Assembly: GCA_048882045.1 (NCBI GenBank)
Contig: JBHLRZ010000031.1
Coordinates: forward strand, 1 to 15,574
From: Candidatus Thorarchaeota archaeon
GTDB lineage: Archaea; Asgardarchaeota; Thorarchaeia; Thorarchaeales; Thorarchaeaceae
DNA length: 15,574 nucleotides
Direction: 5' to 3'
The notes below the pieces were generated by a model, which was not told the origin of the DNA, did not search any database, and saw nothing but the letters and a program-made list of their open reading frames with translations. Position 1 is the first letter of the stretch; the number at the start of each line of letters is the position of its first letter. The translations under genes were made by a program, and so were the position numbers. Below are positions 1 to 7,152 of this stretch, piece after piece.

Positions 1-68
1 CTCATATCAACCACATCGCAGTTATCATTTGCACTTACATCGAGGGAGAAAAGGGTTTTCCACGTCAT
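1..68 (-). CDS. 5' end of a probable YjbQ-family (secondary thiamine-phosphate synthase-like) protein; runs off the window edge
   Basis: ATG at 68-66 on the minus strand opens MTWKTLFSLDVSANDNCDVVDM. This resembles the typical YjbQ N-terminus (..T.g.c.iiDiT). Only 22 codons are visible. Confidence 0.45.
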   Translation of the reverse strand, partial: MTWKTLFSLDVSANDNCDVVDM

Positions 69-78
69 GACGACAGAG

Positions 79-86
79 TTATAAAA
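79..86 (+). promoter_or_regulatory. TATA box (TTATAAAA) for the 126..650 gene, in a divergent intergenic region
   Basis: Matches the archaeal TATA consensus, ~40 nt upstream of ATG 126. A GGTGA RBS lies at 116-120. Confidence 0.55.
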
Positions 87-125
87 CAAACACAGAGTGA
101 CGCTCTGAGTGCGACGGTGAATCTG

Positions 126-650
126 ATGGTAAACAAGGAAAAGACACTGAAGCGAGAACTGACCAGGCTCCGGAAGACCCAGAATCCTCAACAGCTCGAT
201 TTTAGAAGAATGAGGAAGGTCAGCACCGCCAAAGCCAAACTCAAGAGGCTCAAGAGAAGACCAGTCGCAATTGCACCTGAGGCTCCTAGAAAGAAGAAGA
301 CCAAGCTAGAGAAGGCAAAGAAGCCAAAGAAAGAGAAGAAGCCTGAGCTTGAGTTAGTCGATGATGAGGCCGAACTAGAGTTCATGGATGAGCTTGATGA
401 GATTGAAGAAGAGCTCATTGCTGAACGAGAAGCAGAAAAAGAGAAGGCTAAGGCTGAAAAGAAGAAAAAGAAGAAAGAGAAAGAGCCTGAGCTAGAAGTC
501 ATTGAAGAGGAAGAACCCAAGAAGAAGGAAAAGGAGCCGGAGCTTGAGGTCATTGAAGAGGAAGAACCAGAATTAGAAGAGATTGTTGAAGATCTGGACC
601 TTGAAGACCTCTACTCCTATGATGAAGACATTGACGAAGAGGATGTCTAA
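126..650 (+). CDS. Hypothetical low-complexity protein with a basic N-terminus and a Lys/Glu-rich, very acidic C-terminus
   Basis: Open frame. GGTGA at 116-120 favours ATG 126 over GTG 117. The coding strand is purine-rich, and the antisense frame reads as a poly-Ser/Phe shadow. Confidence 0.8.
   Translation: MVNKEKTLKRELTRLRKTQNPQQLDFRRMRKVSTAKAKLKRLKRRPVAIAPEAPRKKKTKLEKAKKPKKEKKPELELVDDEAELEFMDELDEIEEELIAEREAEKEKAKAEKKKKKKEKEPELEVIEEEEPKKKEKEPELEVIEEEEPELEEIVEDLDLEDLYSYDEDIDEEDV
468..569 (+). repeat. In-frame 51-nt tandem duplication encoding KKKEKEPELEVIEEEEP twice
   Basis: 468-518 and 519-569 encode identical 17-aa peptides but differ at several synonymous positions. Partial copies (KKEKKPELELV, PELEEI) flank them. 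Confidence 0.85.
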
Positions 651-721
651 TAGCTCGTCTTTAGCCATGAAAAAGAATAAGACGGTCATTACACTCAGTC
701 GTCACTAGGCAGAGTGATGTC

Positions 722-1552
722 ATGACCAGTCTTCTAGATGTTGTGAAGTGGCTCCAACAGCTAGCTCCAAGAGAGCTCACTGTTCGAGGACTCGAGAGTA
801 GAGTGGAGATAGGCCCACAGACACAGACTGAGCAGACAAATACAACGGTCAATAAGCTGCTCATCGCTACATATCCTTCAGCACGAGTCATTACAAAAGC
901 CACTCAAGACAAGGCCAATCTTTTGGTCACATATAGACCACTGTTTCCCTTTGCAATAGATCGACTCTCTGGACTGGATCTTGTACGTGTTAGACTGCTC
1001 ACAAAGAACTACATCTCATCCTATGTCATTGGCAGTGGGTGGCTCTGCGCAAAGGACGGTCTGAACGAGGCACTGATTCAAAGTCTAGGTATGAAACAGA
1101 CTGGCGATTTCATGACCGAAGGTGACTTTGGGGAACTCGTGGCGATAGGAAGAGCTTGCAGACCACCTGGTGTAAAGAACCACTCAGGATTTGTCAACTA
1201 TATCGCAGGTAAGTTGAACCTCGACAATATCCTATTTACTGGGAACCTCGATGACGAGGTTGATGATGTCCTAGTTATTGCAGGAACTAATTTGGACATG
1301 CCTGAAATCATCAACGCAAAGAATCAGGATTTAGTAACTCTGGTGACTGGAGAGCTCTCTCCTGAGATTAGACTACTAGCAAATGAAGAGGGAATCAACA
1401 CGCTAGAACTTGGTGCCTTTGCCTCAGAGGAACCTGGAATGAGGCGACTTAAGGATGTCATGAGTTTAGAACTTCCTGAGCTGAAGGTAGATTTTATTGA
1501 ATCGATTAATCCGACTAAAGCCCTGAGGGCATACAAAGACGATATGGCTTAG
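722..1552 (+). CDS. NIF3/YbgI-like (Nif3 dinuclear-metal hexamer family) protein with degenerate metal ligands
   Basis: NIF3 layout: 'L.qlaP', 'lLvt..Pl.f', 'GLNeaL...LG', 'lvTGE', 'leLG.faSE..gm..L'. The length (276 aa) is typical. Confidence 0.8.
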   Translation: MTSLLDVVKWLQQLAPRELTVRGLESRVEIGPQTQTEQTNTTVNKLLIATYPSARVITKATQDKANLLVTYRPLFPFAIDRLSGLDLVRVRLLTKNYISSYVIGSGWLCAKDGLNEALIQSLGMKQTGDFMTEGDFGELVAIGRACRPPGVKNHSGFVNYIAGKLNLDNILFTGNLDDEVDDVLVIAGTNLDMPEIINAKNQDLVTLVTGELSPEIRLLANEEGINTLELGAFASEEPGMRRLKDVMSLELPELKVDFIESINPTKALRAYKDDMA

Positions 1553-1553
1553 T

Positions 1554-2441
1554 TCATTCAGGAGGCAGTCTGATCAGAACTACATTCTTGTTTCTGGGGA
1601 CTCCTACATGTCCAGCAACTGGATTACACTTTGTACGCATGATATGAACAATTGGGCATGCAGGCTCAAACTCGGTCAATGACTCGAAGTTGCCCATTCC
1701 TTTTGCGACGATGAGCTCTGCGGAGTTAAAAAGGTCAATGAATTCTTTGGAATTTCTTTCGAGATTCACTCCAATAGCTGAAGCACCTGTGGTTCGAACT
1801 TCATCAGCACATTCACCCAATGCTACATCTTCCGCGTCAATCATGGTAGCATCATTAAGAACAGGTCCACCTTTGACCACAGCGATTACTTTGGGACCCA
1901 GCTTCTTAATCTCACGAATGAGTATCATATCAAGGACTATCTCCCCAGCATTGTCCATAAGGTAGAGGACTTCCTCAGCCCTTTCACAGAGTTTTCTGAA
2001 CTGGTCGACGTGGTCTATCACAAGGTCCGATTCCACATTGTCCAGAATGACACGGAGTTCTTCTAGACTAAACTCACGTCCTGTAACATCGAACTCGATT
2101 GAATTGGCTGCAGCAGCGATTAGAGTTCCCATTCGAAACTGATGATTAGGAGTTTCCTGTTCTGCAACAAGTTCTTGAAGCTCGGGAAGAATGCCAAGAG
2201 CCATCTCATTGGACATGTGCTTCAAAGACTCGTACGGATCGTTCCCAGTCATCTTCTGTACGATTAGGTCCCTTTCTGTCCCAATGTGACTTGGAACTGC
2301 AGCTCCATTGAAGTTCTCCCCAAGAAACTTTGTCATCACCTCGACTATATTCATCTGGAGGTCATGATCATCAGTTGCCAGCTTTATCTGGTTTATCGCC
2401 CTTTCGAGTAGGCAATGAGCACATTCCATTGTCACTTTCAT
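1554..2441 (-). CDS. DUF89/ARMT1-like damage-control metal-dependent phosphatase (archaeal PH1575/AF1104 type)
   Basis: N-terminal ECxxC, DPY..lK..sN, DNAGE, GPVLNDAT, AKGMGNFESL and KC motifs. AGGAG RBS upstream. Confidence 0.92.
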   Translation of the reverse strand: MKVTMECAHCLLERAINQIKLATDDHDLQMNIVEVMTKFLGENFNGAAVPSHIGTERDLIVQKMTGNDPYESLKHMSNEMALGILPELQELVAEQETPNHQFRMGTLIAAAANSIEFDVTGREFSLEELRVILDNVESDLVIDHVDQFRKLCERAEEVLYLMDNAGEIVLDMILIREIKKLGPKVIAVVKGGPVLNDATMIDAEDVALGECADEVRTTGASAIGVNLERNSKEFIDLFNSAELIVAKGMGNFESLTEFEPACPIVHIMRTKCNPVAGHVGVPRNKNVVLIRLPPE

Positions 2442-2495
2442 ATGGTTCTCCTGTTCGAGGCTCAGAAAATCCTATGAAAAGTCAACCGCTATGTA

Positions 2496-3179
2496 CTATT
2501 TTCTCAGTGGTCCAGCAAGGCTCTTGAGGACTTCAGCAGGTTTATCGGACTTTGCAACCGCAGAGGCAAGAAGAACACCTTGAGAACCAAGCTTCATTGC
2601 TGCAGAAACATCATCGCCATTACTGATTCCAGCGCCGCAGAGAATGACAACCTCATCATTGACTTTGCGAATCAGATCCACAGTACCAGTGATAACTTCT
2701 GGTTGAGCCTGGGAAACAGAGATTCCAGAACCTATGAGTTCAGGAGGTTCTACAGCAACAGAGTCAGGATTCATTGTGGCTGCAGCAACACTCACTGCGG
2801 GATTGTTAGTACATACGACCGTGTAGAGATCTAATTTCCGAGCCTTAGTGATTGCTTCTTCAATGTCAGCCAATTGCATTCGATTCTCCGAGTGGTTGAG
2901 TAGAGTTCCTGAACATCCGGTTTCAACAAGAGTCTCACCAAGCGTGTGTCCGGTGAAGCGACCAGGATCTCCTGCATCCATGTGTTGCGAGAAAACTGGA
3001 ATATCAACTGACTGCACAACTCGATATAGGTCAGGAATCTGTGGAGCGACGACGATAGGAACATCGAATTCTTTAGAAACTGACTCACAGGTCTTGGCAA
3101 GTTTGACTGCAGCTTCACCTGTCGCCTGCGGATAGGTCTTGAAGTTGATAATGACTACCGGTGTTTTAATCTCTGGCAA
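2496..3179 (-). CDS. tpiA: Triosephosphate isomerase, archaeal type
   Basis: INFKTY, NHSE, AVEPPELIG, CGAGI and GVLLASA motifs in 227 aa. TTG start with an AGGTGG RBS. Confidence 0.97.
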   Translation of the reverse strand: MPEIKTPVVIINFKTYPQATGEAAVKLAKTCESVSKEFDVPIVVAPQIPDLYRVVQSVDIPVFSQHMDAGDPGRFTGHTLGETLVETGCSGTLLNHSENRMQLADIEEAITKARKLDLYTVVCTNNPAVSVAAATMNPDSVAVEPPELIGSGISVSQAQPEVITGTVDLIRKVNDEVVILCGAGISNGDDVSAAMKLGSQGVLLASAVAKSDKPAEVLKSLAGPLRK

Positions 3180-3245
3180 ATTAACACCACCTGAACATGG
3201 CAGTCTGATGCTTGTGCCCGTTTTAACTATTGCTAGAGATGAGGG

Positions 3246-3830
3246 CTACCTGGCGGCTCCTATGAGTAATTTCAGAATAGGAACACGAGCGTATCCTTTT
3301 CTATTGAGGTCTATTATCGGCTTACGGGTTTCAATCTTGATGAATCGCCCAGCTTCGGATGTCTTGTAGTGTTTCAGGTAGATTCTGGAGAATTCAGTGA
3401 ATGTCGCTGCCGCAAGGAGGTCACTTACAGAGTCGTTTGAGATTCTTATATGAGCGTCTTCATCAGTAGCTTTCCCAACCTTTGTTTCAATGTTTCCAAG
3501 GGCAGCCTTTCCTATCCAGAATCTCTCACCCATTGCCATGAATTCAAGGGTGAACTCGTGGGTCCCTTCAAGTCCATCAGCCATCTTCTCGTCATTCAAC
3601 ATGTACACAAGACGATCTTGGATGGAGTCGTGATAGGGTATGATATCACCTCTACCCTCAGGTATGGGTTCAGCAACCTCACTAGCAGCGGGCTCTTCTT
3701 CAGCTACCTCTGCAGGCTCAGCTTCTACTGCAGGTTCAACAGCTGGTTCTTCTACAGCTGGAGCTTCTTCTTCTGGTTTCGCTTCAGTTTTTTCTTCGTC
3801 TTTCTTTTTTCGTCGGAAGAATCGTGACAT
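3246..3830 (-). CDS. Hypothetical protein: basic/aromatic N-terminal tip, acidic Pro/Ala/Glu linker, C-terminal SCP2 (sterol carrier protein-2)-like domain
   Basis: ATG 3830 follows an AGGAG RBS, which favours it over TTG 3857. The segment 'ERFWI..G.IETKVGKATDEDAHIRIS..SV.DLL' resembles the SCP2 beta-hairpin/'pDv.i.ms' pattern. Confidence 0.6.
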   Translation of the reverse strand: MSRFFRRKKKDEEKTEAKPEEEAPAVEEPAVEPAVEAEPAEVAEEEPAASEVAEPIPEGRGDIIPYHDSIQDRLVYMLNDEKMADGLEGTHEFTLEFMAMGERFWIGKAALGNIETKVGKATDEDAHIRISNDSVSDLLAAATFTEFSRIYLKHYKTSEAGRFIKIETRKPIIDLNRKGYARVPILKLLIGAAR

Positions 3831-3894
3831 ATCGAGTTCGCTCCTAGTCGAGAGCAATACTTGTCCCTGTCTTGCTCATGAGTTGGAGTGAATC

Positions 3895-3907
3895 TATATA
3901 GAAAAAG
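3895..3907 (-). promoter_or_regulatory. T-run plus TATA-like element (TTTTTCTATATAG on the minus strand): possible terminator of the RHH gene and/or promoter of the SCP2-like gene
   Basis: Oligo-T ~16 nt after the RHH stop codon, directly followed by CTATATA. Confidence 0.35.
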
Positions 3908-3922
3908 GTAGTTCAGCTGTAT

Positions 3923-4147
3923 CTATTTCACTGGTTCAACAGGCATATCTGGCATTGCTAGTTTCTGTATCTGTGCGATGAGAGGGAGACTATTAGTTGG
4001 TTTTCGTTCTCCCCAGAGCTCGTCTACAAGAAGATCGCGAATGGCTATTCTGATTACCTCTGATCGATTGGGATATTTGTTTTGTCCAATCAACTCATCT
4101 ACACCTTCGACATATGTCTCTGGCAGGCATATAGTGACGACTCTCAT
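3923..4147 (-). CDS. Ribbon-helix-helix (CopG/Arc/MetJ) transcription regulator, CdrS/aCcr1-like
   Basis: N-terminal beta strand MRVVTICLP, then a helix, then YPNRSEVIRIAIRDLL. GGTG RBS upstream. Confidence 0.9.
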   Translation of the reverse strand: MRVVTICLPETYVEGVDELIGQNKYPNRSEVIRIAIRDLLVDELWGERKPTNSLPLIAQIQKLAMPDMPVEPVK

Positions 4148-4226
4148 TCTACACCAAGGAATTGCAGTGCAAAGGACATAATGAAACGGTGTCTGATTGT
4201 GGTGCGTATCGGGGTATTACTAGGTT

Positions 4227-5267
4227 TTAGGGTTGGAGAACTATCTTTCCGAACTGTTCGCCCTTTTCTAGTCTTTCATGGGCTGTCTTTGCTTCTGATA
4301 ATTTATGAACCGAATCCACAACTGGTGTGAGACTTCCATTCCAGACCAATTTGAGAACATCTCGTAGTTCAGATCGGCTTGCCATTGTTGAGCCAAGAAT
4401 TTCGAGCTGTTTCCAGAAGACCAGACTGACGTTAGTCATTGCTTTAGAACCTGAAGTCGCCCCACAGGTCACAAGTCGACCCCCCTTTGTGAGACTTCTA
4501 AGACTCCGTTCCCATGTCACCTCACCAACTGAATCCACAACAATATCAACACCTCGTTTGTTGGTGAGTGTCCACACTTCCTTGTGATAGTCTGGAGTCT
4601 TCTTGTGGTTGATTCCAACATCAGCCCCGAGTGCGATAGCCCTCTCTATCTTCTCATCAGAGGAACTTGTCACAAGAGTACGTGCTCCAGCAGAATTGGC
4701 GATCTGGAGAGCTGCGAGAGAAACACCACCACCAATCCCGATGATCAAAACACTATCACCCTGCCTAATCCTTGCTTTGGGATGAAGCATCCTCCATGCT
4801 GTCATGAACGTGAGTGGAGCTGCAGCGAGATGTGGAAAGTCAAGATCAACATCTTCAGGGACAGGAACGATATTCAAAGAGTCTACAGCAATGCGTTCAG
4901 CATAACCCCCTCGAGAGTGTTCTCCAATGATTCCATATTGAGCACAGAGTGATTCTTCTCCAATATTACAAAACTCACAGACTCCGCAGGACGTGCCTGG
5001 ATCGATGACTACCCTTTGACCAGGTTGTAGATCTTCTGAAACATTGACGTCAACTTCTCTGATGACACCTGAGATGTCACTTCCTAGAATGTGGGGCATT
5101 TCGAGGTTGAGACCTGGAATTCCTTTCCGGACAAATAGATCAAGATGGTTGAGAGCTACAGATTTCACGTCGACCAAGACTTGTCCTTCTTTGATTTCAG
5201 GATCCGGAAAGTCTTCATACTTTAGTACATCCACTGATCCGTGTTCATGGAATACGGTTGCTTTCAT
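4227..5267 (-). CDS. Medium-chain dehydrogenase/reductase (zinc-binding alcohol dehydrogenase/quinone reductase-like)
   Basis: LNHLD, PHILGSD, structural-Zn CGVCEFC..C, a Rossmann-like GIGGGV, and C-terminal QFGKIVL. Confidence 0.93.
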   Translation of the reverse strand: MKATVFHEHGSVDVLKYEDFPDPEIKEGQVLVDVKSVALNHLDLFVRKGIPGLNLEMPHILGSDISGVIREVDVNVSEDLQPGQRVVIDPGTSCGVCEFCNIGEESLCAQYGIIGEHSRGGYAERIAVDSLNIVPVPEDVDLDFPHLAAAPLTFMTAWRMLHPKARIRQGDSVLIIGIGGGVSLAALQIANSAGARTLVTSSSDEKIERAIALGADVGINHKKTPDYHKEVWTLTNKRGVDIVVDSVGEVTWERSLRSLTKGGRLVTCGATSGSKAMTNVSLVFWKQLEILGSTMASRSELRDVLKLVWNGSLTPVVDSVHKLSEAKTAHERLEKGEQFGKIVLQP

Positions 5268-5380
5268 GGAACATCATCCTCTGGTTTATTCACTTCTTGA
5301 CATAAAACCTAGGATATATGACGAATAAGACAAGTTTAAGACTGCGCACCTAGTAGCTCCATCAAATCCTGGTGATCTAA

Positions 5381-5671
5381 ATGGCTAAGGGAAAAGCTGG
5401 AAAAGTTCGAGCGAGCCACATCCTTGTTAACAAGCACGGTCAGGCATTAGCGCTGATAAGCAGAATCAGAGAAGGCGAGGATTTCAGAAATATTGCCATG
5501 CAACATAGCACTTGCTCATCAAAGAAGAAGGGTGGAGACCTGGGATGGTTCTCAAAAGGTAAAATGGTCCCTGAGTTTGAGAAGGCAGCTTTCGGCCTTA
5601 ATGTAGGTGCAATGACAAACGAACCTGTGAAAACCAAGTTTGGGTATCACATCATAAAACGGACTGGTTAG
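5381..5671 (+). CDS. ppiC: Single-domain parvulin-type peptidyl-prolyl cis-trans isomerase
   Basis: ASHILV, S.CSS.KKGGDLGWF, MVPEFE.AAF and VKTKFGYHII motifs. GGTGA RBS upstream. Confidence 0.95.
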   Translation: MAKGKAGKVRASHILVNKHGQALALISRIREGEDFRNIAMQHSTCSSKKKGGDLGWFSKGKMVPEFEKAAFGLNVGAMTNEPVKTKFGYHIIKRTG

Positions 5672-5742
5672 CAACAGACTGCTTCTCTCGCTCCAATTGA
5701 TTGCAAGAAAAGTCCTTAAGATTTGGACTCTCTGCCGAGTAC

Positions 5743-7101
5743 ATGTCTGGGAGGAGAAGAGAGTGGATTAGTTGGACTATTTTGGCGAGTTCTATTCTAG
5801 TCCATTCTGTATTTATTGTGTCGCTCTTTACAGGGACGTTAGATCCCCTTTTTCATGACACGAGATATATCCTTGACAAAGGAATCGACTTCTTCGCCTT
5901 TTATCAAGCGGGACATAATGTTTTGAATGGGATTGACTGCTATGCAGTCCCTGACCCTCTGACTGTCCCCTATATGTTCCCCTATCGCTATCTTGCGTAC
6001 TTTGCATATTCTTTCGGAGCTATCTTTAATCTTGCACCTCCTGTACTGGCATATTGGATTTGGGATGCAATAATACTGATCAGTGTCTGGTTGGCTGCGT
6101 TCAGAACACGTTCAGTTTCCAAGACTCTTGGTCGACAGGACTGGGAGTGGCGCATTGGAGTGAGTATGTGGTTGATCTTCTCTCCAGTCTACATTGAACT
6201 CTATCTGGGGCAAGTTACTCTCATGGCTGCAATCCTAATGTTTTTCGCACTCACCTCAAAATCCTTCGTCAAGGGTCAGGGAGGAAATTGGACCATGACC
6301 ACCTTGTGGACCATAGGAGGGCTCATGAAGTTGATTCCATTCTTCATTGCACCGGTACTCATAGCAGCTGGAAGGGTTCGTTCTGTATTGGTTGCAGTCG
6401 CTGTCTTTCTGGTAGGAGTGTTTGCAGTCCCATCAGCTTTGGAATCGTTGCAATTCTTTCTCACATTTAATTCAGGCCAATTGGTTTATGTCAATCCGTA
6501 CATCGGAAACCATTCACTAAAGATGCTCCTCTATTATCTCCTTGGCGAACCAGGTCCAGATTTCGCTGTAATTACAGGACTAATTATCGGAATCTTCTTG
6601 GTGCTAACTATTGGAACGACATTCTACTCACGAGATGTATGGGCTTGTGCAGGCATGTTCTCCCTGTTGTTCTTCTTCATTATGTTTGATGTTTGGGAGC
6701 ATCATTATACATTTCTTCTGCCCATCATGGTGCTTATGTGGATTAGAGGAGAACCTGGGAAGATGTCACGATGGGTGCCTTTCATACTGACGCTTCTGAT
6801 GAGTATACCCATGTTGCCACTTGTTGAATTTCTTGCAGGCGCAGCTCCCGGAGTCCATCCGATAAACCTTGATCCTGTGTGGCTGATTGTCTACCATAGC
6901 TCCAAAGTCGTACCTGCCCTCATATTGTATGTTTGGCTCATGAGGAAAGCATTGCAATCAACAAGGGATGAGGAAATTCTAGGAAGTACTCAAAACGCCT
7001 ACATAATGGCGTGGAACAATCTAATCGCAGGTAGTTACCCTACAATTGAGGGAGGGATAATTATCCAAAAGGAGCTGGGAACTATAGAGCGGGATAAGTG
7101 A
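5743..7101 (+). CDS. Polytopic GT-C glycosyltransferase, GT87/DUF2029 (PimE-like) family
   Basis: DF.AFY.AG, PYRY, GQ, K.iP and WEHHY motifs plus many hydrophobic segments. ATG 5743 is preferred; TTG 5701 is possible. Confidence 0.8.
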   Translation: MSGRRREWISWTILASSILVHSVFIVSLFTGTLDPLFHDTRYILDKGIDFFAFYQAGHNVLNGIDCYAVPDPLTVPYMFPYRYLAYFAYSFGAIFNLAPPVLAYWIWDAIILISVWLAAFRTRSVSKTLGRQDWEWRIGVSMWLIFSPVYIELYLGQVTLMAAILMFFALTSKSFVKGQGGNWTMTTLWTIGGLMKLIPFFIAPVLIAAGRVRSVLVAVAVFLVGVFAVPSALESLQFFLTFNSGQLVYVNPYIGNHSLKMLLYYLLGEPGPDFAVITGLIIGIFLVLTIGTTFYSRDVWACAGMFSLLFFFIMFDVWEHHYTFLLPIMVLMWIRGEPGKMSRWVPFILTLLMSIPMLPLVEFLAGAAPGVHPINLDPVWLIVYHSSKVVPALILYVWLMRKALQSTRDEEILGSTQNAYIMAWNNLIAGSYPTIEGGIIIQKELGTIERDK

Positions 7102-7127
7102 GGGATCTTGTTCATGAAAATTGGACA

Positions 7128-7143
7128 GGGACCATTTGGTCCC
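7128..7143. terminator. Perfect inverted repeat GGGACC-ATTT-GGTCCC between convergent genes; putative terminator
   Basis: 6-bp GC-rich stem in the 51-nt gap between the GT87 and fbp stop codons. A short T-run follows on the minus strand. Confidence 0.5.
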
Positions 7144-7152
7144 AATCCTATA

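Noticed and set aside
188-553. 121-aa Ser/Phe-rich ORF on the minus strand
   Set aside because: Antisense shadow of the GAA/AAG-rich gene on the plus strand. The same applies to 3450..3827 and 3640..3891.
468-569. Direct repeat considered as a CRISPR or mobile-element signature
   Set aside because: It is an in-frame coding duplication with no spacers, and there are no cas or transposase genes.
1545-1560. Convergent genes with stop codons only 1 nt apart (udp and ABCE1 are similarly 17 nt apart)
   Set aside because: Common in compact archaeal genomes; no further evidence for antisense regulation.
5120-5160. MDR dehydrogenase lacks the catalytic-Zn Cys (NHLD instead of CxxD)
   Set aside because: This is typical of a known MDR subfamily that keeps only the structural Zn, so it is not novel.
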